DNA of 64,000 nt from Candidatus Poribacteria bacterium. GTDB taxonomy: Bacteria; Poribacteria; WGA-4E; PCPOR2b. Below the pieces are notes generated by a model. That model was not told the origin of the DNA. It did no database searches and saw only the letters and a program-made list of their open reading frames with translations. Shown here in pieces: positions 51,081 to 60,092 of this stretch. The stretch covers positions 2,656,001 to 2,720,000 of the forward strand of contig OZ240245.1 in NCBI GenBank assembly GCA_965198175.1, written 5' to 3'. The translations under genes were made by a program, and so were the position numbers. Each line of letters starts with the position of its first letter. Within the stretch, counting starts at the first letter, position 1.

Positions 51081-52463
51081 ATGAATCGATTGAAATCCCT
51101 TAGCCCTTACCTTGCACTTGCCAGCTTGGCTGTAATCGTTGTTGGTTGCCCCGGGGGCATGAGCGGCATTGTACCCCTGAGCGCGAAAATACAAAATGCT
51201 GATCTCAAACTTGCAGAGGCAGAGCAAGTTCAAATTTCAGGTGAAACGAGAGAAGAAAAAGCAGAATTTCTCACAAAAAAGAAAGAACTTTACGATGATG
51301 CGCTGCGGCGTTATCTTGAAATCATCGACGCCGATCCACAAGGAAAATATGCGCAGCGAGCGCATTTCCAAACGGCCGAAGTCTACAAAAGACGTTATGA
51401 TTGGGATAGTTCAGCGCAGCATTATCAAGCAATCGTAGATCTATCTCCAACTGGTTATTATGCCAGCCGGGCGAAGAGCGGTATTGCTGACATTCGCAAG
51501 AACCGTCGAGTTATTCGGGAGAAACGGCGTATCTACCAAAACCGGCGCCTTCTCGAAGATGAAGAAAGCCAAACTATAGCCGCGCGAGCGTTGTATGATG
51601 TTGCGAAGGCTTACGAAACGATTGGCAATTATCCGGCAGCAGTCGAAAATTATGAAAAATTAATCGTAGAGTTTCCTGAATATAAGCTGACACCGCAGGT
51701 GCAGTTCCAAATCGGCAATATCTATTTCTATAGACTGCATGACTATTCAAACTCTGGCGGTTGGGGCGCCTATGTGAAGGTTATCGAAGACTATCCCGAT
51801 TCTTTTGAAGCGCGAGAAGCAGAGACGCTTTTGAAGAAGTCCAGTCGAACGCTGACCCAGATAGCTCAAGAAATGGAGCTCGTCGAATCCTTTAAGAATA
51901 AGAAAGCGTTTGACTATCGTCAGACAGGTCGCTATTTACCATCCACTGAATTATGGAAGATGGGCTACTCTGATCATGCTGTCCAGGCTTATCAGGAAAT
52001 CGCATCGGGTTGGAAAAAATTGAGGAACTATACATATGCAATCGCCGCCTACGACAAATTGGTAGAGTATGTGTCACACAGAAAGTTTGCGGTCGCTGAC
52101 GCATTATTTCAAGCGGGAGTTTTGTATCAGAAAAACGGAGAGCTTGAGCGGGCAATTGACGCATATGACAGGCTATTTGAAAAGGCGCCCGAATCAACCT
52201 GGCGCGCTGAAGCGGTCTATAACCAAGCCGTCTGTTTTCAGTCGATCCGGGAGTTTAACGAAGCGTATAGAGGGTTCAAGGCATACATGAGCCTCGGCGA
52301 TGATGGTAAGTATTACCGTGAAGCAGAACAGCGTGTTCGTCAGTTTGAACTTGATCAGGATGGAGATGGATACAAGTTCTACAAAGAACAAGAAGCTGGA
52401 ACTTCCGATCAGGATGCGAATGATTATCCTGGTGCACAACAACCCGCGGCGAGCGGCATGTAA
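51081..52463 (+). CDS. TPR lipoprotein (BamD-like repeats) with C-terminal DxDGDG motif
   Basis: AGGAG RBS, lipobox VVGC, TPR units, DQDGDGY..EAGTSD.D..DYP tail. Confidence 0.85.
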   Translation: MNRLKSLSPYLALASLAVIVVGCPGGMSGIVPLSAKIQNADLKLAEAEQVQISGETREEKAEFLTKKKELYDDALRRYLEIIDADPQGKYAQRAHFQTAEVYKRRYDWDSSAQHYQAIVDLSPTGYYASRAKSGIADIRKNRRVIREKRRIYQNRRLLEDEESQTIAARALYDVAKAYETIGNYPAAVENYEKLIVEFPEYKLTPQVQFQIGNIYFYRLHDYSNSGGWGAYVKVIEDYPDSFEAREAETLLKKSSRTLTQIAQEMELVESFKNKKAFDYRQTGRYLPSTELWKMGYSDHAVQAYQEIASGWKKLRNYTYAIAAYDKLVEYVSHRKFAVADALFQAGVLYQKNGELERAIDAYDRLFEKAPESTWRAEAVYNQAVCFQSIREFNEAYRGFKAYMSLGDDGKYYREAEQRVRQFELDQDGDGYKFYKEQEAGTSDQDANDYPGAQQPAASGM

Positions 52464-52498
52464 ATGGCATGTATATATTCACCCATCGAACAACAAAC

Positions 52499-52530
52499 AA
52501 AAAGCAGGGAATATGCTTCCCTGCTTTTTT
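52499..52530. terminator. Bidirectional intrinsic terminator
   Basis: AAAAAGCAGGGAA-TATGC-TTCCCTGCTTTTTT between convergent genes. Confidence 0.85.
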
Positions 52531-52569
52531 ATACGCCTTCCCTTGCATTGCGGTATCATAGAAGGTATA

Positions 52570-53391
52570 TCAGATTAATAAATGAACGCATGAACGATTC
52601 GATGGCTGCAGCACGGCATTGATCTGCTTACGGATGTGTTCGGAGGTATAGCGCCTCGAAAAATGCGTCAAGATTATATGTTCGCTTTCAAACGACTGAA
52701 GCAACATGGGTAAGGTGTCGAGATGGAAGTGCATCGTTTTCTTTGCATGTTCTCGATGTTCTGGCATCAGAAATGTACATTCACAGATTAAAACTCGACA
52801 CTGGCTAAGCAGTGGGTGAGAGGAAAGCGGAATGCTTTGTGTATCCCCCAAGTAGGCGATTAGTGGCAGTTCAATCCGAGTCGTAACCTCCACTCCCGAC
52901 CGCCGCAACTGAGCAATTTCGACTCCCGGCAAACCGTGAAATTCAGGTTTCAACTTCTGTCGGGTTTCACAAATCAGATATCCTACGGCTGGAACCCCGT
53001 GATCGCCTGGCAAGACATGCGCCACAAGGTTCCGGCGAAAAGGAATTATATCACCAACCTGTACCCCTGTGAGATGATAATCCCATCCCATTCCGCAATC
53101 TAATACAGCTATCTCATCCAAAATGCGCCTAAGCTGCTCTATCCCCTCGCTCGGAACACAAATCTCACCTGGTGGGATTCCTGCAAGCCAACGTTGGCTG
53201 ATATATATGGGTAAGCCAAAATAGTGGTCTAGATGAAAATGCGATATGAAGACGTGCCCCGTCCCGATAAAATTCATCGGGCACCGTCCCAAGTCAAAGA
53301 TTAAATCTAGCTCTCTTACCCGTAGATAAGTTGCGATTGCCGAACTTGATTCGCCTTCAATCGTTAAATTTCCACACCGCAATAATGACAT
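52570..53391 (-). CDS. MBL-fold metallo-hydrolase, RNase Z (TM-type)-like
   Basis: SHFHLDH, H.VPAVGY, KLKPEF.GL.G.EI arm, YLGDT, ECTF, THFSRRY. Confidence 0.8.
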   Translation of the reverse strand: MSLLRCGNLTIEGESSSAIATYLRVRELDLIFDLGRCPMNFIGTGHVFISHFHLDHYFGLPIYISQRWLAGIPPGEICVPSEGIEQLRRILDEIAVLDCGMGWDYHLTGVQVGDIIPFRRNLVAHVLPGDHGVPAVGYLICETRQKLKPEFHGLPGVEIAQLRRSGVEVTTRIELPLIAYLGDTQSIPLSSHPLLSQCRVLICECTFLMPEHREHAKKTMHFHLDTLPMLLQSFESEHIILTHFSRRYTSEHIRKQINAVLQPSNRSCVHLLI

Positions 53392-53559
53392 CTGACGTAA
53401 ATTTTCCTTGATTGCTTGTTATCCTTTCGTCATGACTAAGTATTACGCATCCTTCGCAGGGCTTTAAAATTTTCGACAATAAGATCGCTAACAACAGTCG
53501 TGGTTGTGATTACAGGAGAGCCTTCGATGATACTTTTTTTGATAATTCCCTATTCCTAA

Positions 53560-54513
53560 TCATGCTAAGGCACCACCACAAGATGATCCAGATCCAGCTG
53601 TGCATCCGAAACAATGCAGTCCAGTCATTATTCTCCGGTGGATAAATAAGGCAGGATCGAAGTCCCTGATATGTTGCGGGAAATCTTTTCCTACTGGAAG
53701 TTTAAGTGCTAAGTTGAAATCACAATCGTACAATTGCCCATCCCACCCAACACTAATCTGGTGCCGACACATCAGCTCATCCAGCGTAGCCGAATTGAAA
53801 CTATCTCGCAGCAGTTGGTTATACGCTTCAATCTTATTCTCTCGTTTTAGATCGCTGCGAAAGCGACCAATGGGCATATTTGCAATTGTCAGGAGATGGG
53901 AAAATTCTATCCCATATTGTGATTTCAATTGCTGTTTATAGTCTTTCTCAAGTTCAGATTGGTCCGGTGGAAGCGTCGAACCTACCGGGTTATAGACGAG
54001 ATTCAGAGGGAGATGGGCTTCCATCCCATACCCGCAAGTGTTGAGCAGCTTCAGTGCTCGTATACTGTCCTCAAAGACACCAGTCCCTCGCTGTTCATCG
54101 ACGTTTTCTTCAAGGTAACAAGGTAAAGACGCGCAAAGTTGAATCTCTTGCTCTCGAAAAAAAAATGGCATCGTCTCAAAACCTGGCTGAAGCAAAATCG
54201 TGAGATTTGTTCGCACCAAAACAGGAAACCCTTTTCCCCGCAATTTCCTTACAAATCGACGAAAGAACGGGTGCATTTCTGGCGCGCCACCGGTGATATC
54301 CACGAGTTTCGCGCTCGATTCCTCTGCAGCAGTTATCACGCATTCCATCGTGTCCCAATCCATCATCTCTTTCCGGCGTGGTGAGGAAACTACGTGACAG
54401 TGGGCGCACTCCAGATTACACTTGAGCCCAATATTCACCTGGATAGTCTCAATACCCAAACTATTTAGCCCTTCTCCATTGTAGTTCGAGATTTCCTTGT
54501 CAAATGTATTCAT
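53560..54513 (-). CDS. arsS: Radical SAM protein, arsenosugar-biosynthesis ArsS-like (DUF3641)
   Basis: QVNIG..CNLECAHCHV, DITGGAPE, SLPCY, YDCDFN, HCFGCTAGSGSSCGG. Confidence 0.85.
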   Translation of the reverse strand: MNTFDKEISNYNGEGLNSLGIETIQVNIGLKCNLECAHCHVVSSPRRKEMMDWDTMECVITAAEESSAKLVDITGGAPEMHPFFRRFVRKLRGKGFPVLVRTNLTILLQPGFETMPFFFREQEIQLCASLPCYLEENVDEQRGTGVFEDSIRALKLLNTCGYGMEAHLPLNLVYNPVGSTLPPDQSELEKDYKQQLKSQYGIEFSHLLTIANMPIGRFRSDLKRENKIEAYNQLLRDSFNSATLDELMCRHQISVGWDGQLYDCDFNLALKLPVGKDFPQHIRDFDPALFIHRRIMTGLHCFGCTAGSGSSCGGALA

Positions 54514-54741
54514 CGCTTTAACCTTCCTTATTCGTTGAAAATCCATTGAAAATAACCTAGCGATTTGGTAAAATACCCTGCCGGTCATAGTAAGTATCGT
54601 CGTTTTTATCGCGGATGCAAGATTTTCTTACCCGCAAAGAACATAACTCTAACTTAAGAAATCCACCGAATCACATCTCACAGGATTAAACACTTTTGAA
54701 AGGTTTTAGACCTTAAAAAGGTTTCATAAGATGGAGGGGTC

Positions 54742-55605
54742 ATGAACGTTAAAATCGGAGTAATTGGCGGCACAGGATTTTATCAGATGGAGGGTTTAAC
54801 AAACATTGAAAATATTGAAGTGGATACACCCTTTGGACAACCGAGCGATTCGTTAACCGTGGGCGTGATTGAAGGAAAACGCGTCGCATTTCTGCCTCGT
54901 CACGGTGTGGGGCATCAACTTCTCCCCTCAGAGATAAATGTACGCGCTAACATCTACGCTTTGAAAAGTTTAGGAGTGGAGTGGATTATCTCTGTGAGCG
55001 CAGTAGGTAGCCTCAAGTCTGAGATTGAGCCACGCCACTTCGTTATTCCTGACCAACTTTATGATCACACAAAAAATCGAATTAACACCTTCTTCGGTGA
55101 GGGAATCTCCGCCCACGTCAGCCTTGCCCAACCATTTTGCCACATCTGCGGCCAACTCTTGTATCAAAGCGCCACCGAGATTGACGCAATAGTTCACGTG
55201 GGTGGCACGTACATCTGTATGGAGGGCCCCGCCTTCTCGACACAAGCCGAGTCAAATGTTTATAGACAACTTGGCTTCGACGTGATTGGTATGACGGCTG
55301 CACCCGAAGCCAAACTTGCCCGTGAAGCAGAAATCTGCTATGCCCTTCTTGCTTGTTCAACCGACTACGACTGTTGGCACACAGAACACGATTTCGTCAC
55401 AGCAGAGCTGATTTTTGAGAATCTAGCAGCGAATGTCGAGGTTGCCAAGCGCGTTGTCAAAGCAGTGATTCCCAAGATTCCGGATAAACGCGAAGGGTGT
55501 TCTTGCTCAAACGCGATTGAAAAGTCAATTGCAACAAACCCAACACTAATCCCTGAAGCAACCAAGCGTAAACTCGATTTGCTGATCGGCAAATATCTAA
55601 AGTGA
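54742..55605 (+). CDS. mtnP: S-methyl-5'-thioadenosine phosphorylase
   Basis: GVIGGTG, TPFG.PS, LPRHG, N.RANI, EGPAFST.AES, GMT..PEAKLAREAE, TDYDCW. Confidence 0.93.
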   Translation: MNVKIGVIGGTGFYQMEGLTNIENIEVDTPFGQPSDSLTVGVIEGKRVAFLPRHGVGHQLLPSEINVRANIYALKSLGVEWIISVSAVGSLKSEIEPRHFVIPDQLYDHTKNRINTFFGEGISAHVSLAQPFCHICGQLLYQSATEIDAIVHVGGTYICMEGPAFSTQAESNVYRQLGFDVIGMTAAPEAKLAREAEICYALLACSTDYDCWHTEHDFVTAELIFENLAANVEVAKRVVKAVIPKIPDKREGCSCSNAIEKSIATNPTLIPEATKRKLDLLIGKYLK

Positions 55606-55781
55606 CGAGATTTGGATACGTCAGATAGAAAGTTAGGAGGGCGCAATCAACTCTACACGCGCTCCAAACGGTAAATCCTCATCTCCCACTTGCCAACAAT
55701 ATTCCGAATGGTGAAATGACCAACTTAAATGCCAAGTCATCTACTGGGAAATCACCCGAATGTGCATATCTCTTTCCCTTC

Positions 55782-57497
55782 CTACTCCCGAGTCAAAATA
55801 ATCGTGTCAATCCGGCGGTTCTTATCCCTGCCAGCTTTATTTCCGTTGCTCGCAATTGGATAATCTTCGCCTACACCAATAGATGTTATTCGTTCACTAG
55901 GCACTCCACCTTTTTCGGATAAATATTTCGTAAAGACGATTGATCGATTCTCCGTCAATTTGAGATTAATGTCGGTTTTGCCCACGCCGTCACTATGTGC
56001 TTCTACCCGCACTCGGTAATCAGCAAACGTATTAAGAATCTCAGCAAACTGTTGAAGCATTGGCAAATATTTTGGATTAATTTCCGAACTTCCCGGCTCG
56101 AAGAGATTTCCGCTAAAACGGACTAGCACCCCTTTATCGATTTTTTTTGTTTCTGCCGCAGGAATGGCTTGCGTTGTGTTAAGAATGCGTGTTTCAACGG
56201 CTTCAATCTGCTTGGCTTTCTCAATGGCATTGGACAAAGTCTCTAGGCTTTGTTGCCCTAAGGCAGTGGCGTGTTTATAATTCGTGTTGGACAAAGCATC
56301 TTTGGCTTCCGCTAGCAGCGCAACCGCTTTTTTGTACGGTTCGGAAGCAAGGTTCGGCATCTCCGTTCCTCTTGCCCGGTTAATCCCTTCCTCTGCCTTG
56401 AAGATTGTGTCTTTAGCTTCGGCAATCCGTTCCTCCATTGCTTCTTTTGCAGACTGTTCACGTTCTATAACCTCGGCGACAGTATACGCTTCATGCCCAA
56501 TGCTTTCCGCCTGTACTGCCAACTGCAATGCCTGCTTATACTTTTCAGTTTTCAAGGCCAAAATCGCTCGTTCAAGAGTTGTTCTCGCCCGTTCAAAGAG
56601 CGTCTCAGCGTGTGCAAACGCGTTGACACTCTCCGCTCTGTCTATCTCGATTTGTGCGCGCATAATGGCGACTTTCGCGGCCGCGTAATCTTCGAGCTTT
56701 ACTAATCGCGCTGCCTTCACTCCGACGCGCGCTGCGATTCGGGAATTATTCGCACGCTCCTCCGCTCTAACAGCCACTGCATTGGCTTCATCGAATTTGT
56801 CTTGAACCAACAGGGCAAGCGCTTGACTGATGAGGTTTTCAGCAGCTTGATATCCATCAACATCATAGGTAGATGCTCCTTCCATCCTAGCGGTATCAAG
56901 CACAAGTTGCGCTTTACCGATCGCCAGTTGCGTTTGTGAGCTGAATCGGGCGTTCTGGGCGACTCGCCTCGCCGCATCGGCTTCAGCTTGAGCAGTTACC
57001 ATGTGCTGTTCAGCGCTCTCTGCTCTGGACAAGGTATGTCTTTCACGTTCTTCAGCAATTGTCTGCCCAGTTTCTGCGGTCTGAACCTTATATTCCATTT
57101 CCTTAGCCATCGTCTTCAATATATCCTCGCGACCTTGATTGATTCGATTTTGCGCAATCTTCTGGCGTGTTAGTGCACCTGCAACCCGCGCTTCTGTCTG
57201 GGCTTGAAATGCTAGTTCTAAGCTTTGGACGCCGTTGCCTGCCTGCTGAGCTTGCTGAGACTCCTGTACTAATTTTACCGCGTTTGCTAGTTGTTCTCCT
57301 GCATACTCTTCAGCACCCAAGAGTCGTGTGTCTGAAATGATGTTTTGGGCATCACGCAAGCTGGTGTCCAGCAGAGTGGGATTGATTTTGTCCGCACAGC
57401 CAATCCCCCCTCCCCAAATGGCAATCAAGCCGTACAACCATGAGAATCGTTTCGATCGCACGTATACCGTTCCTCCCGGATTAAGATTGAAGCTCAA
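55782..57497 (-). CDS. OmpA-family lipoprotein with helical DUF4398-like repeats
   Basis: Ala-rich helical repeats; C-terminal LFEPGSSEI, VEAHSD, G.GEDYPIASN, GRDKNRRID. Start uncertain. Confidence 0.82.
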   Translation of the reverse strand: MSFNLNPGGTVYVRSKRFSWLYGLIAIWGGGIGCADKINPTLLDTSLRDAQNIISDTRLLGAEEYAGEQLANAVKLVQESQQAQQAGNGVQSLELAFQAQTEARVAGALTRQKIAQNRINQGREDILKTMAKEMEYKVQTAETGQTIAEERERHTLSRAESAEQHMVTAQAEADAARRVAQNARFSSQTQLAIGKAQLVLDTARMEGASTYDVDGYQAAENLISQALALLVQDKFDEANAVAVRAEERANNSRIAARVGVKAARLVKLEDYAAAKVAIMRAQIEIDRAESVNAFAHAETLFERARTTLERAILALKTEKYKQALQLAVQAESIGHEAYTVAEVIEREQSAKEAMEERIAEAKDTIFKAEEGINRARGTEMPNLASEPYKKAVALLAEAKDALSNTNYKHATALGQQSLETLSNAIEKAKQIEAVETRILNTTQAIPAAETKKIDKGVLVRFSGNLFEPGSSEINPKYLPMLQQFAEILNTFADYRVRVEAHSDGVGKTDINLKLTENRSIVFTKYLSEKGGVPSERITSIGVGEDYPIASNGNKAGRDKNRRIDTIILTRE

Positions 57498-57533
57498 GAG
57501 AAGCCGTATTTTCCCCGTTCCTGTTTCCGTTCT

Positions 57534-57959
57534 TCACTGTTCAGGCGTTGATTTCAACTGCTCTAACTCCATTTCGGCTTGCTCCAACTCGCGCCTCGCT
57601 TTCTCCGTAGTTTGCATTTTCAATTCCAATTCTTTCTCCATTTTACGGGCTTGCTCTTCCATTCGATTGGCGATGGCAATTGATTCTGCTACCTTGGCTG
57701 CGAGATTGGCTCGCCTGCCAAGCCTATATGCTTCCTCTGGTTCTCCATTATGCAATGCTGACTCTGCCTGAGAGAGCATCTGTTCCGCATCTTCCAGCGC
57801 CTGGGTAGCTAAGTTTTGTGCATCAGCCGCTTGCGCTGAAATAATCTGTGCTCTGGCATCATGAATCACTCTCGCCGCATACCGACTTGACATACCGCAT
57901 CCGAGACTCACCACAATAACAACCCAACCGAAACCTGCAATTACTACCCGCTGTTTCAT
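57534..57959 (-). CDS. DUF4398-like lipoprotein
   Basis: Lipobox SLGC; A..AI..A..A.A...A...L..A helical pattern; upstream of the OmpA gene. Confidence 0.7.
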   Translation of the reverse strand: MKQRVVIAGFGWVVIVVSLGCGMSSRYAARVIHDARAQIISAQAADAQNLATQALEDAEQMLSQAESALHNGEPEEAYRLGRRANLAAKVAESIAIANRMEEQARKMEKELELKMQTTEKARRELEQAEMELEQLKSTPEQ

Positions 57960-58358
57960 AAAATTTCCTACCTAACAACTGTATGTTGTATTATTTTTGG
58001 TAGTATATCCGCCTCAGGATATAGACTAGGTGTCATAACCGTTCAAGTTGATTTGAAGAACGTCCAACGCCTGAATCCCGCGCCAAGCGCGGGACGAGCG
58101 GCAACGGATGGTTTGGTAGGCGCGATTCGGCATAGTTTGCCGCAATCTATCGGAATCTACGACGTTTCCATCTCCGCAATGGGAAAAGTTCATTGAGACG
58201 TTTAGTTCAATGAGCAGCTAAGGCTGACTGCGCGCAAAAAAACTTCAATTTGTGATCTTTCACAGTATATCATACGCATGAAAATTGACAATCTCGAACA
58301 TTCATGTGGAAAGGACATCACAGGCTCCTGCATGAAATGCTTGATTCTTAAGCATGAC

Positions 58359-60026
58359 CTAGAGTCCCCTCAACCCTTCCCCCTCTTTTGCCACCAGAAA
58401 CCGGTCGCCTTGAACGTCTTTGAATTTCTCCACCAGATTGCTGGGCCATCGAATCTCCACGAGATCGGCTTTAGTGGAGTCGCCGAGTCCAAAGTGTAAC
58501 CGCATATCGCTGTGTGAGGGGTAACTCCCTCCACTTTTGACCTCACGAATCTGTGATTTTCCAGCAGCCACGACCTTGACTCGGGTACCGATGCCGCTTC
58601 GGTTGCTTCGCGTGCCGACTGTCGTAAAGCTAAGCCAGTGGTTTTGGTTGATGGTGTCATTTCTCAGAAGATCGGGCGCCTGATGCGAATTAGTAATCAA
58701 GATGTCAATGTCTCCATCATTGTCATAATCCCCAAGGGCAGCACCGCGACTCACTTTCTTTAAAAGCAGTCCCGCGCCCGATAAATTGGATACATCGGCG
58801 AAACTACCGTCACCCTGGTTCCAAAACAACTGATTTTGCTGGGCGTATGTTATCGTTGGATTGATGGCTTGGATATTGTCGTCTATATGTCCCGTCGCCA
58901 CGAATAGGTCCACGTAACCATCGTTGTCAAAATCAGCGAAATCAGCGCCCCAAGCCAGACGCGAGAGCGTTGCCCCACCAATCTTAGAACGATATGTGAT
59001 ATCTGAAAAGAAACCATTCCTTTCGTTAGCGTAGACACTGTTGGGTTCGTCCTGGAAGTTCGTGATCAACAGATCAAACCAGCCGTCATTGTTAATGTCT
59101 CCAAAGACGGGAGCCATGCTGGAATATGCAATGCCCATTTCGCTGAGCGCAACTCCGCTAGAAAGCCCTACATCGGTGAATGTGCCATCCCCGTTATTCC
59201 GATACAGCCAGTCTGCTAACTTGTCGTTTGCAACAAATAAATCTAGATCCCTGTCGTTATCGTAATCGCACCAGATTACCCCCATCCCTTTGCCAGCTGG
59301 ATTAAACACACCAGCCTTGCGAGTCACTTCGGTAAACGTACCATCGCCGTTATTCCAATAGAGTACGCTTGATGTACCCTTGAAAGCCTCAGGCCCGCAG
59401 TGGGTCTGTAAGCCTAATGTGCCGCACTGCGGATTGTCTTCGATATCGTACTCCACGTAATTTGTGACAAACAAATCAAGCTTACCATCATTATCATAAT
59501 CAGCAAAGGCTGCAGAAACTCCCCACGATTCATCTCCAACGCCTGCACTTTCAGTCACGTCTGTAAAGCTGCCATCGCCGTTGTTGTGATAGAGGACATT
59601 CGGACCAAAGTTCGTAACGTAAAGATCAGGAAAACCGTCATTGTCATAATCGCCCACAGCGCAACTGAAGCCATAACTGCTCTCCTTAACACCCGCATCT
59701 TGGCTCACATCCGTGAAGCCGCCATCACAATCATTGCGATAAATCGCGTTCGTCGGTAAGTTGGCGGAGCGCATGCCAGGCAAGTCCGCTCCATTGACAA
59801 AATAGATGTCTATTTTCCCATCAAGATCGTAGTCAAACCACGCCGCGCCCGCGCCAAGAGTTTCGAGATAGTACTTCGCCCCACTGCGGCCATCTTCATG
59901 CCGAAAAAAGATACCAACTTGCGCTGTGGCTTGAGTAAAGCGCAGCTGTGCCATCACCGGAAAGACAGTGCACCAAGAAATCAGAAAACCAATTATGCAC
60001 CGCTTGTAGCGTTTCGTGTGTTGCAA
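58359..60026 (-). CDS. CRTAC1/ASPIC-UnbV family FG-GAP repeat protein
   Basis: Paralog of 21983-23746 with the same motifs. Confidence 0.92.
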   Translation of the reverse strand: MQHTKRYKRCIIGFLISWCTVFPVMAQLRFTQATAQVGIFFRHEDGRSGAKYYLETLGAGAAWFDYDLDGKIDIYFVNGADLPGMRSANLPTNAIYRNDCDGGFTDVSQDAGVKESSYGFSCAVGDYDNDGFPDLYVTNFGPNVLYHNNGDGSFTDVTESAGVGDESWGVSAAFADYDNDGKLDLFVTNYVEYDIEDNPQCGTLGLQTHCGPEAFKGTSSVLYWNNGDGTFTEVTRKAGVFNPAGKGMGVIWCDYDNDRDLDLFVANDKLADWLYRNNGDGTFTDVGLSSGVALSEMGIAYSSMAPVFGDINNDGWFDLLITNFQDEPNSVYANERNGFFSDITYRSKIGGATLSRLAWGADFADFDNDGYVDLFVATGHIDDNIQAINPTITYAQQNQLFWNQGDGSFADVSNLSGAGLLLKKVSRGAALGDYDNDGDIDILITNSHQAPDLLRNDTINQNHWLSFTTVGTRSNRSGIGTRVKVVAAGKSQIREVKSGGSYPSHSDMRLHFGLGDSTKADLVEIRWPSNLVEKFKDVQGDRFLVAKEGEGLRGL

Positions 60027-60092
60027 ATTGAATACTGCATAAAATGGCAGTTCCTTCCTTCGATTATGCGTTTTCTTCTATTCCTCCCTTCC

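Noticed and set aside
58020..58270. ncRNA or MITE in the intergenic gap (TCCCGCGCCAAGCGCGGGA hairpin)
   Set aside because: Single hairpin with no second copy or recognisable family in the window.
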